Of a stretch of 37,926 bases of DNA, positions 31,187 to 37,926 are shown one piece after another. The position numbers and the translations under genes were made by a program. The notes beneath the pieces were generated by a model that worked only from the letters and a program-made list of their open reading frames with translations, was not told the origin of the DNA and searched no databases. Within the stretch, counting starts at the first letter, position 1. Every line of letters begins with the position of its first letter. The DNA comes from Candidatus Brennerbacteria bacterium (GTDB lineage: Bacteria; Patescibacteriota; Minisyncoccia; UBA6257; JACPKE01), in the NCBI GenBank assembly GCA_016187205.1, contig JACPKE010000004.1, positions 1 to 37,926 of the forward strand. The letters run 5' to 3'.

Positions 31187-31719
31187 TAGTCGTACTTTCT
31201 GATATTCGGAGTATTTATAATGTCGGTTCAATTTTCCGAACCGCGGACGCGGTTGGCGCTGAAAAAATTTATCTTTGCGGAATAACTCCGGCGCCGATTG
31301 ACCGTTTCGGAAAAATTAGGCCGCAATTTGCCAAAGTTTCTCTTGGCGCGGAAAAATTAGTTAAATGGGCAAAGGTAAAAGCGACAGGCGTAATTATTGA
31401 AAAATTAAAAAAAGACGGGTATAAAATATTTGCTATTGAGCAGTCAAAAACATCAATTCTTTATTATAAAACCAATCTATCGCGGTCCGACCGCGATAGA
31501 TTGGTTTTGATTTTAGGGGGCGAAGTTAAAGGGTTGCCGCCGGCGATTTTAAAAAAAGCCGACAAGGTTTTGGAAATTCCGATGAGAGGGGCAATGGTTC
31601 GGCAGGCTCACCATCCGCGAAGTTTAGGCCGCGGAAAAGAATCGTTGAATGTATCAGTTGCTTTCGGCGTTATCGCTTATTTTTTAAGATTCAAAAAATG
31701 CAACGTTATATTCAATTAA
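31183..31719 (+). CDS. SpoU/TrmH-family RNA 2'-O-methyltransferase
   Basis: NVGSIFRTADAVG, LVLILGGEVKGL and IPM.G....SLNVSVAFGVIAY (SPOUT motifs 1-3). GTG start overlapping the trxB stop. Two apparent in-frame inserts. Confidence 0.85.
   Translation: MIVVLSDIRSIYNVGSIFRTADAVGAEKIYLCGITPAPIDRFGKIRPQFAKVSLGAEKLVKWAKVKATGVIIEKLKKDGYKIFAIEQSKTSILYYKTNLSRSDRDRLVLILGGEVKGLPPAILKKADKVLEIPMRGAMVRQAHHPRSLGRGKESLNVSVAFGVIAYFLRFKKCNVIFN
31468..31508 (+). repeat. 41-bp near-perfect palindrome inside the SpoU methyltransferase gene
   Basis: AAAACCAATCTATCGCGG-TCCGA-CCGCGATAGATTGGTTTT (18-bp stems), encoding KTNLSRSDRDRLVL. Confidence 0.85.
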
Positions 31720-32165
31720 TCATTCTTTTTCTGCCATTGTTTTTATTGGCTATTTTAATTTACGGCTACGATTACGGCTCTAGAGACAGGTCTTTTGAAA
31801 AGGTGGTTATTAATGGAACAGAATTTACCGTTGATATAGCCGATACTCCGGATAAGCGAGAAAAGGGTTTGTCAGGCCAGCCGGGCTTGGCGGAAGACAT
31901 GGCGATGCTTTTTATTTTTGAACATCCGGGAATTTATGGTTTTTGGATGAAGGATATGAAATTTCCGATTGATATTATCTGGATTAAAAACAATAAAATA
32001 ATTGGTTTTGAAAAAAATATTCCCCCGAAATCTTATCCAAAGGCGTTTTATCCCGAATTGGAAGTTGATATGGTATTAGAAGTTACCGCAGGGACAGTTG
32101 ATAAATTTAATTTTATGGTGGGAGATGCGGTTTATTTTTCATCTATGGGAGTTGAACTTCCATAG
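31698..32165 (+). CDS. DUF192-domain protein
   Basis: N-terminal TM helix and A.TP..R..GLSG...L.ED.AMLFIF.....FWMKDM.FPIDIIWI, which matches the DUF192/COG1430 pattern that I recall. Confidence 0.7.
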   Translation: MQRYIQLIILFLPLFLLAILIYGYDYGSRDRSFEKVVINGTEFTVDIADTPDKREKGLSGQPGLAEDMAMLFIFEHPGIYGFWMKDMKFPIDIIWIKNNKIIGFEKNIPPKSYPKAFYPELEVDMVLEVTAGTVDKFNFMVGDAVYFSSMGVELP

Positions 32166-32231
32166 ATTATTTTTGAAAAGTTAGGGAAAGTGTTATAATT
32201 TATTAAATGATTTATCATGAGAATGTAAATT

Positions 32232-32558
32232 ATGGTTATTACTCAAGAAAAAATTAAACAGGTTGTTGATAAGATTGTTAAAGAATTTGAGCCGGAAAAA
32301 ATTATTCTTTTTGGCTCTTATGCGTGGGGTGAGCCGGATAAAGATAGCGACGTGGATTTGTTTATTATAAAAGAAACCGATAAAAATATTTTTGAAAGAA
32401 ATAGAGAGGCGCAACGGATCATATTTGGAAGCGGCATTCCTATTGATGTTTTGGTTTATACTCCGAAACAATTAATAAGAAGAGAAAAATTAGGCGACCA
32501 ATTTGTTCAAGAAATAATTAATAAGGGTCAAATTATTTATGAACAATCAGCAAGATAA
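32232..32558 (+). CDS. MNT-type nucleotidyltransferase (antitoxin-like partner of HEPN)
   Basis: ILFGSYAWGEPDKDSDVDLFII is the GSx(n)DxD minimal nucleotidyltransferase signature. Overlaps the downstream HEPN gene by 20 nt. Confidence 0.85.
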   Translation: MVITQEKIKQVVDKIVKEFEPEKIILFGSYAWGEPDKDSDVDLFIIKETDKNIFERNREAQRIIFGSGIPIDVLVYTPKQLIRREKLGDQFVQEIINKGQIIYEQSAR

Positions 32559-32955
32559 AAAGGAGTTTGTAAAAGAATGGATTTTGCGCGCGCGAGACGA
32601 TGAGCGTAATATATCCGCTCTTTTTAAAGAGCATGATGGCACTCCGGCGCACATTTGTTTTATTTCTCAACAAATCGCTGAAAAATATCTAAAAGCATTA
32701 TTATTGTTTTATGGCGGAAATTGCCCGAAAATTCATGCCATTGGATTTTTAATTGAATTAATTCAACCTTATGAAAAATTAATTGTGGAAAAATTAAAAG
32801 AAGAAGCAATTTTATTAGATCCTTATTATATTGAAGCGCGTTATCCAGCCGATATTCCTTTGGAAAATTTTACTTGGGAAATGGCAGAAGAAGCATATAA
32901 AGCTGTGATAAAAATTAAAGAATTTGTTTTGGATAGAATCGGGACAGACGCCTAA
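32539..32955 (+). CDS. HEPN-domain protein
   Basis: A..D...I..L........A.F.SQQIAEKYLKALLLFYG....K.H.I..L.......YYIEARYP is the classical HEPN (PF05168-type) pattern. Paired with the MNT gene. Confidence 0.85.
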   Translation: MNNQQDKKEFVKEWILRARDDERNISALFKEHDGTPAHICFISQQIAEKYLKALLLFYGGNCPKIHAIGFLIELIQPYEKLIVEKLKEEAILLDPYYIEARYPADIPLENFTWEMAEEAYKAVIKIKEFVLDRIGTDA

Positions 32956-32992
32956 TTCTTTTAGATTTTAAGCAGATTTATTTGAATTAATA

Positions 32993-34036
32993 ATGAAAAA
33001 TGTAAAAATAGCAATAAACGGGTTTGGCAGGATAGGCCGGCTTTTTTTCCGCCAGGCTTTTTCCGCCCAAGGCGGATCCGCCTCTGGCGGAGGTTTAGAT
33101 ATCGTTGCCGTTAATGATCTGGGCGATATTGAAAATTTGGCTTATTTGTTAAAATACGACACTGTTTACGGCCGGTTCGCCAAAGAGATAAAAGTAAAAA
33201 GCGATAAGTTAATTGTTGATAATAAAGAAGTTAAATTTATTCAGGAAAAAGATCCGGCGCGGCTGCCCTGGAAAGATTTGGGAATAGATATTGCGATTGA
33301 ATCAACGGGATTTTTTGAATCCTATGATAAAGCTAAAGCGCATATCGGCGCCGGAGCCAAACGGGTTGTTATTACCGCTCCGGCAAAAGATCCGGACGGC
33401 GTTGAAGGGAAAACAATCTTGATTGGAGTGAATGAAGCAGAGGCAAAAGGCATTGTTTTGACTTCAAACGGTTCCTGTACCACTAATGCCGCGTCTCCGG
33501 TAATCCAGATAATGTCCGAAAATCCGGGTATTCAGAAAGCGATTTTAAACACGGTTCATGGCTATACCGCTACGCAGAATTTGGTTGACGGGCCGACCAA
33601 GGGCAAGGATTTCCGGCGCGGCCGGGCCGCGGCCCAAAATATTTCGCCTTCAACAACCGGCGCGGCTATCGCGGTTACCCGCGTCATTAAAGAATTGGAA
33701 GGAAAATTTGACGGCGTGGCTTTGCGGGTGCCGGTTGCGACGGGTTCGGTCGCCGATATCACTTTTCTGGCAAAACGGAAAACTACCGAAGCTGAAATTA
33801 ACGATATTTTTAAACAAGCTGCCGCGTCTCCGAGATGGAAAGGGATTTTAGCCGTCACCGAAGACCAGATTGTTTCTTCGGATATCATCGGCGAACCATA
33901 CGGCGCGATTGTTGATTTGAAATTTACCAAAGTTGTTGACGGCGATCTGGTGAAAATTTTGTCATGGTATGATAATGAAGCCGGATATGTTTCAACACTT
34001 ATCAAACATGTTTTAAATGCCGCCGCATTAGTTTAA
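32993..34036 (+). CDS. gap: Type I glyceraldehyde-3-phosphate dehydrogenase
   Basis: KIAINGFGRIGR, the SNGSCTTNAASP active-site Cys, and WYDNEAGY at the C-terminus. Confidence 0.95.
   Translation: MKNVKIAINGFGRIGRLFFRQAFSAQGGSASGGGLDIVAVNDLGDIENLAYLLKYDTVYGRFAKEIKVKSDKLIVDNKEVKFIQEKDPARLPWKDLGIDIAIESTGFFESYDKAKAHIGAGAKRVVITAPAKDPDGVEGKTILIGVNEAEAKGIVLTSNGSCTTNAASPVIQIMSENPGIQKAILNTVHGYTATQNLVDGPTKGKDFRRGRAAAQNISPSTTGAAIAVTRVIKELEGKFDGVALRVPVATGSVADITFLAKRKTTEAEINDIFKQAAASPRWKGILAVTEDQIVSSDIIGEPYGAIVDLKFTKVVDGDLVKILSWYDNEAGYVSTLIKHVLNAAALV
33062..33091 (+). repeat. 30-bp GC-rich double-hairpin element, in-frame in gap (encodes SAQGGSASGG)
   Basis: TCCGCCCAAGGCGGATCCGCCTCTGGCGGA. It inserts between the GRIGR helix and the IVAVND strand, where E. 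coli GapA as I recall it is about 7 residues shorter. Confidence 0.85.
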
Positions 34037-34049
34037 GTTTTAGTTTAAT

Positions 34050-35330
34050 ATGACAAATCAATTAAAACTTGATCCGGTTAAAAAACTTTTCAAAGAATCT
34101 TTTGAATTTTATTTAAACAGATTTTGGAGGCTGACCGCCATATCTTTAACGCCCATAATAGCGTTAATTTTGCTGTCAGCGCCCTTTATCGTTATTTATT
34201 TTTTAGGCATTAATGTTTTTACCGGCGTCGGTATTCTGGCCGTCATATTATTTTTTATATTTTTTTTTGTTTTTGAATTTTGGGCACTTTTGGCTTTGAT
34301 TTATTCCATCAAAGAAGATGCCGGCATTTTCTTGTCTTTTCAGGAAACCAGGCGTCTTTTTTTCCCGTTTTTGAAGATTACGATTTTAATAAATTTGATT
34401 ATTTTAGGCGGTTTTATGATGGGCATTGTTCCGGGAATTATTTTTTCATTTTGGTTCGTGTTTGTCAGTTTTTTGCTTATTGACCAGGGGCTTACGGGCA
34501 TGAACGCTATTTTACGCAGCAAAGAATACGTAAAAGGCTATTGGTGGGCTATAGTTGGGCGAAATCTGATTCTGTTAATGTTTGCAATACTAGTGAGTGT
34601 TTCTGCTTATCTTGTTATTTCTTCAATTATTAATGATGCGGTTGGAGAATTAGCGAGAAGCATTGTTTACCTTATTTTAGCTCCGTTTATGATTGTTTTT
34701 ATGTTTTTTCTTTATCGGAATTTTGTTAATTTAAAACCGGAACTTGCCGGAGCGCCGGTTTCCGGAAAAAAGGGATTTTTTATTTTCAGCGCGATTTTGG
34801 GAGTTTTGGCTATGTTATTAATACTGCTTATAACTTTAATAGCTAATCGATTATCTTCTATGCTTATTGAATCGGAAAATGAAGTTGCCAATTGGGCAGT
34901 GTATCATAATACAAAGTACAATTACTCTTTTCGTTATCCAAGGAATTTTACGATTTATACAGCAATTGATCAGGCAAAAAATGAGGTTATTTTACCGACT
35001 AATACAAGCGATAAAGTTTATCTTACAGACAAAAAAGATAAGTTGTTTTGTTGCGAACCGTTTATTACATCTATTTCTGTGGTGAATGGTTTTATTGATA
35101 TTAAGAATTGGCGTCAGTATGCAGAAATTCCTGATTATCGTATTAAATCTCAAAATGAAATTGTTTTTGACGGTTATAAAGCGTTTGAAGTGCGAAGTTC
35201 AGTTGGCATAGATTCTGTTGGCGCTCGTCTGATTTTAATTCCAAGAAACCAGTTTTCATTTAAGCTTATTCAAGGCGATGAAGGTGAGCCATGGGAATCT
35301 ATAACCAACTCTTTTTTCTTTTATGATTAA
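34050..35330 (+). CDS. Multi-pass membrane protein with a C-terminal extracytoplasmic domain
   Basis: 426 aa with about 7 hydrophobic helices. The C-terminal domain begins WAVYHNTKYNYSFRYPRNF, a motif shared with two other anchored proteins in this window. Confidence 0.55.
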   Translation: MTNQLKLDPVKKLFKESFEFYLNRFWRLTAISLTPIIALILLSAPFIVIYFLGINVFTGVGILAVILFFIFFFVFEFWALLALIYSIKEDAGIFLSFQETRRLFFPFLKITILINLIILGGFMMGIVPGIIFSFWFVFVSFLLIDQGLTGMNAILRSKEYVKGYWWAIVGRNLILLMFAILVSVSAYLVISSIINDAVGELARSIVYLILAPFMIVFMFFLYRNFVNLKPELAGAPVSGKKGFFIFSAILGVLAMLLILLITLIANRLSSMLIESENEVANWAVYHNTKYNYSFRYPRNFTIYTAIDQAKNEVILPTNTSDKVYLTDKKDKLFCCEPFITSISVVNGFIDIKNWRQYAEIPDYRIKSQNEIVFDGYKAFEVRSSVGIDSVGARLILIPRNQFSFKLIQGDEGEPWESITNSFFFYD

Positions 35331-35338
35331 TTAAAAAA

Positions 35339-35800
35339 ATGATTATTTACATCGCTTCAGACCATCGGGGTTTTCAATTAAAAGAAGCGTTAAAGAATTT
35401 TTTAAAAGCGAACGGGTATACGGTAGAAGATTTAGGAAATAGCCGGCTGGATAAAGAAGACGATTATCCGGATTTCGCCGCCAAAGTCGCCAAGATAATC
35501 AGTGAAGATTATTACAATGAGCGGCGCGGCATTGTTTTATGCGGTTCCGGTGTCGGCGTTGATATCGTGGTTAATAAATTCCCGCGCGTTCGTTCGGTTT
35601 TGGCGATTTCGCCGGATCAGGCGTCCGTCAGCAGGAATGACGATGACACCAATGTTTTGTCTTTAGCCGCTGATTTCATGGAAGAAGAAAAAGTTAAAAA
35701 AATCGTTTCTGTCTGGCTGCAAACGCCTTTTGCAGGAGAAGCCAAGAATAAACGGCGGCTGGATAAAATCGCGGAGATAGAAAAGACAATTAACATTTAA
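35339..35800 (+). CDS. rpiB: Ribose-5-phosphate isomerase B
   Basis: IYIASDHRGFQLKE, GIVLCGSGVGVDIVVNKF.RVR and RNDDDTNVL (RpiB/LacAB family). Confidence 0.9.
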   Translation: MIIYIASDHRGFQLKEALKNFLKANGYTVEDLGNSRLDKEDDYPDFAAKVAKIISEDYYNERRGIVLCGSGVGVDIVVNKFPRVRSVLAISPDQASVSRNDDDTNVLSLAADFMEEEKVKKIVSVWLQTPFAGEAKNKRRLDKIAEIEKTINI

Positions 35801-35821
35801 CAATTGACATTTGACTATTAT

Positions 35822-36463
35822 ATGGAAGTTATTCCGGCTATCAATGAAAAAACTTTTGAAGAGGTTGCAAAAAAAATAAAAATTGCCGAAGATTTTTTAC
35901 CGCTTGAAAATAGCTGGATTCATATTGATGTTGCCGACGGAATTTTTACTCCTAATAAAATATGGGATAATCCCGGTGATTTGGCGAGCCTGAAAACAAA
36001 ATTGAAACTGGAAGTTCATTTGATGGTTGAAAAACCGGAACAGCAGATTGAAAATTGGCTGAAAGCCGGAGCCAGACGTTTGGTTATTCATTTGGAAGCT
36101 TTTACCGAGCCGAATTTTATTTTGCGGCTGATTAAGCAATATAATGCTGAAATTATTTTAGCGGCCAATCCGATTACTCCGGCCGATGCCATCGGCCTTT
36201 ATCTCGGCTCTTTTGCTTTTTTTCAGATTTTGGCGGTTGATCCGGGTTTAGCCGGCCAAAAATTCCAGGAAAAAGTTCTGGAAAAAATAAAATTTTTGCG
36301 TTCCCGCAATCCGGCTGTTAAAATAGAAGTTGACGGCGGCATTGATTTGGATACGGCTAAAATCGTAAAAGCCGCGGGCGCTGATATTATTGTTTCAGCT
36401 TCTTATATATTTAATCATCCAAATAGTCCGGCCGTTGGTTATGAAGAATTGAAAGCGGTTTAA
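35822..36463 (+). CDS. rpe: Ribulose-phosphate 3-epimerase
   Basis: HIDVADGIFTPN, EVHLMV, VDPGLAGQKF and EVDGGI. I prefer the ATG at 35822. The TTG at 35804 in the ORF track is an alternative. Confidence 0.88.
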   Translation: MEVIPAINEKTFEEVAKKIKIAEDFLPLENSWIHIDVADGIFTPNKIWDNPGDLASLKTKLKLEVHLMVEKPEQQIENWLKAGARRLVIHLEAFTEPNFILRLIKQYNAEIILAANPITPADAIGLYLGSFAFFQILAVDPGLAGQKFQEKVLEKIKFLRSRNPAVKIEVDGGIDLDTAKIVKAAGADIIVSASYIFNHPNSPAVGYEELKAV

Positions 36464-36602
36464 TAGCAAGTAAACAGTGTTTGATTTTATGACAACATTC
36501 CAATATTCTCAAGAATGTTGGAATATTAAAAAATAACATAACTAGCTTTTTAAGAAAATTAAATAAAATAGCCGCCCTATATAAAAAGACGGCTGACAAC
36601 TA

Positions 36603-36932
36603 TTAACAATGAGGATTGAAAGGAACATTTGATTTGTTTTTTAAAGTGTTAGGAAGGGGAATTTTAAAATGGTGATTATCTTTGCAATACCACATATTGG
36701 CAACTTCACTAGCCTTCCATTCAATATGATTATGATTATTATCTGCTTCACAATACACCCATCCTATTCCATATATTGCATCAACTTCATAAGAAATTCC
36801 GTTTTCACAAGACATAATTTCTCCGTTTGTTAATTCTATAAATGAAGGGTTTAGAAATCTAGTAGCGCAACCGCTAATTAATAAAAAACTAACGCTTAAT
36901 AAGAGTATTTTAACGCTCATTTTATACCCCAT
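36603..36932 (-). CDS. Small lipoprotein, hypothetical
   Basis: MGYKMSVKILLLSVSFLLISGCAT carries a lipobox (L-I-S-G-C). The ATG at 36932 is preceded by GAGGAA. The ORF-track TTG at 36947 is less likely. Confidence 0.55.
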   Translation of the reverse strand: MGYKMSVKILLLSVSFLLISGCATRFLNPSFIELTNGEIMSCENGISYEVDAIYGIGWVYCEADNNHNHIEWKASEVANMWYCKDNHHFKIPLPNTLKNKSNVPFNPHC

Positions 36933-36970
36933 TTTTTTGTTCCTCAAAAAATTTTCAAAAATCTGAAATT

Positions 36971-36999
36971 ATGATATATTTTAAACATTAAATTGTCAA
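36971..36999 (-). promoter_or_regulatory. Candidate sigma70 promoter for the lipoprotein gene
   Basis: On the minus strand: TTGACA, 17-nt spacer, TATCAT, about 30 nt upstream of the start codon. Confidence 0.45.
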
Positions 37000-37071
37000 G
37001 GATTAGTCTCTTCCAATACAACATGATACTGAAATAACCCCCGCTTTCCAACGATTCTGATACCAAGGAGC

Positions 37072-37677
37072 TTGGAAAAAGGGGGTATATCGGCAACGGT
37101 GAGAGGTATGACCATCACTCTCGCTATGGACGATAGACAATTGTCCACCATCCAGGAGGTCGAACGGTTTACCGCGGGAACGGCGGCTGCCCTGTTTCGC
37201 GGCAGTTCGCGCAAGGAAAAGTACGCCTGGGCGGAAGCAACCCTCATCCGCTTCCGCTACGCGCGGCTTCGCAAGAAGGAAAGGTCGTCGGTCAGGGAGT
37301 TTATCCGCAAAATCACCGGCTATTCCGACATCCAGACTAAGCGGCTCATCGGACAGTACCTCGACTCGGGCAAAGTGCTCCTCCAGTCTTGTTTCAACGA
37401 ATATCTGAATTTCCACCGTCCCTGCGGGTTTGCCACCGTGATTGTGGATGCTAAAGGCAAAGAGAAGAAAATATATAACGTGTATGAAACCCCGTATGAG
37501 AGGTTCGGATCGCTTTCCGGAGCGGAACAGTATCTCAAGCCGGGTGTCTCGTTCGCCGAGCTTGATTGCGTTGCCCAGAGGATGAGCGATACCGAATATG
37601 CTATGATGAAGCAAAAGGCCGAATTATTGTCCGCTATAGGCGGAGCCGCTTCAGGCGGAAAAAACCTCTCTCGTTAG
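37072..37677 (+). pseudogene. Transposase remnant (HTH N-terminus joined directly to the C-terminal tail; DDE core missing)
   Basis: The N-terminal part (..KEKYAWAEATLIRFRYARLRKKERSSVREFIRKITGYSDIQTKRLIGQY) is followed directly by the tail NEYLNFHRPCGFATVIVDAKGKEKKIYNVYETPYERF..AEQYLKPGVSFAELD. In full-length rve-type transposases that tail follows the catalytic domain. There is no DDE region in between. Confidence 0.6.
37630..37659 (+). repeat. Diverged copy of the 30-bp double-hairpin element at the 3' end of the transposase remnant (SAIGGAASGG-KN)
   Basis: TCCGCTATAGGCGGAGCCGCTTCAGGCGGA. Both hairpins are retained through T-G wobbles, and it is followed by AAAAAC as in murD. Confidence 0.65.
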
Positions 37678-37801
37678 CCTAACTGATTTCAGTATCATTT
37701 ATGGATTGGAAAATGCTAGATATCTACAAGTAATGGGGTTTACAGAATTATTCGGGGGGGGTACACTAATAATAAACAACTTAAATTAACAACATACGAC
37801 T

Positions 37802-37926
37802 ATGGGAAAAGAAAAAATACCAAAACAAGAACCAACGCCAGAGGAAATCTCAGAAATACGAAAAGAAAGAACGCTTTCTGATGCGGAATTAATTAAAAAT
37901 GGAGCAAAATATGAAAAAGAAGGAAG
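37802..37926 (+). CDS. Hypothetical protein, 3'-partial
   Basis: ATG ORF running off the window (MGKEKIPKQEPTPEEISEIRKERTLSDAELIKNGAKYEKEG..). No recognisable domain. Confidence 0.3.
   Translation, partial: MGKEKIPKQEPTPEEISEIRKERTLSDAELIKNGAKYEKEG

Larger units (their letters stand above)
37011..37711 (+). mobile_element. Internally deleted, non-autonomous IS remnant with imperfect terminal inverted repeats
   Basis: Left end TTCCAATACAACATGATACTGAAAT (37011-37035). The right end (37686-37711) reverse-complements to TTCCAATCCATAAATGATACTGAAAT. The interior is visibly more GC-rich than the flanks and encodes only the N- and C-terminal parts of a DDE/rve-type transposase. Confidence 0.65.

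Noticed and set aside
33558-34005. 97-aa + ORF and 147-aa - ORF inside gap
   Set aside because: They are out-of-frame or antisense to a canonical GAPDH, and the Arg/Pro-rich translations are typical of wrong-frame reading.
36487-36520. Hairpin AACATTCCAATATTC-TCAA-GAATGTTGGAATATT after rpe as a terminator
   Set aside because: The stem has one C-A mismatch and one wobble and is followed by an A-run rather than a T-run on the + strand. It may still act for the convergent minus-strand gene, but the evidence is too weak to list as a feature.
37003-37614. 203-aa minus-strand ORF, plus 36996..37247 and 37320..37538
   Set aside because: These are antisense to the transposase remnant in a locally GC-rich segment, where long spurious antisense ORFs are expected. 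The product has no recognisable similarity, and the + strand product matches transposase N- and C-terminal regions.
37004-37719. Target-site duplication flanking the IS remnant
   Set aside because: The bases flanking the two inverted repeats (..TAGTCTC and AATGCTA..) show no direct repeat, so recent transposition at this site cannot be claimed.
1-37926. Alternative genetic code (UGA recoded, as in some candidate-phyla lineages)
   Set aside because: TGA works as a sensible stop for nusG, folA and trxB, with proper protein C-termini and immediately following genes. Conserved genes show no in-frame TGA, so the standard bacterial code fits.

Overview
AT-rich, gene-dense segment that looks like the chromosome of a small-genome bacterium of the Patescibacteria/CPR (Parcubacteria-like) type. 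This placement is an inference from gene content and style, not from a search. Most of the window is housekeeping: murD, three tRNAs, pheS/pheT, purC, gyrB, secE-nusG-rplK, a dTMP-synthesis module (thyX-like, folA, dCMP deaminase, tmk, Nudix, a kinase), gatB, two glycan genes, a thiol-redox cluster (DsbA-like, glutaredoxin-like, trxB), a SpoU methyltransferase, an MNT/HEPN pair, gap, rpiB and rpe. Seven things stand out. (1) Several families of short hairpin or palindromic elements sit in-frame inside essential genes (murD, gap, gyrB, gatB, pheS, pheT, SpoU MTase), much as Rickettsia palindromic elements do. (2) A tRNA(CAU) is interrupted by a 235-nt group I (IC3-like) intron. (3) A ~190-nt extended hairpin with a 15x15-nt central bubble, its own promoter-like signal and a T-run looks like a 6S-type RNA. 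(4) A 4.5-kb block encodes DUF2157-like and multi-pass membrane proteins, a GDYXXLXY-pilin-CnaB fusion and an HExxH protein. It follows rplK and is bounded by a near-identical 113-bp duplicate of the rplK 3' end, which forms a chimeric HMA/L11-CTD ORF. No rplA follows rplK. (5) The ThyX is a tandem-fused form and sits next to DHFR. (6) A kinase gene is broken at an A8 slippery run. (7) There are 7-bp microsatellites in a divergent promoter and inside pheT, and a GC-rich, internally deleted IS remnant at the 3' end of the window. No CRISPR array, rRNA, integrase or obvious defence island was seen.
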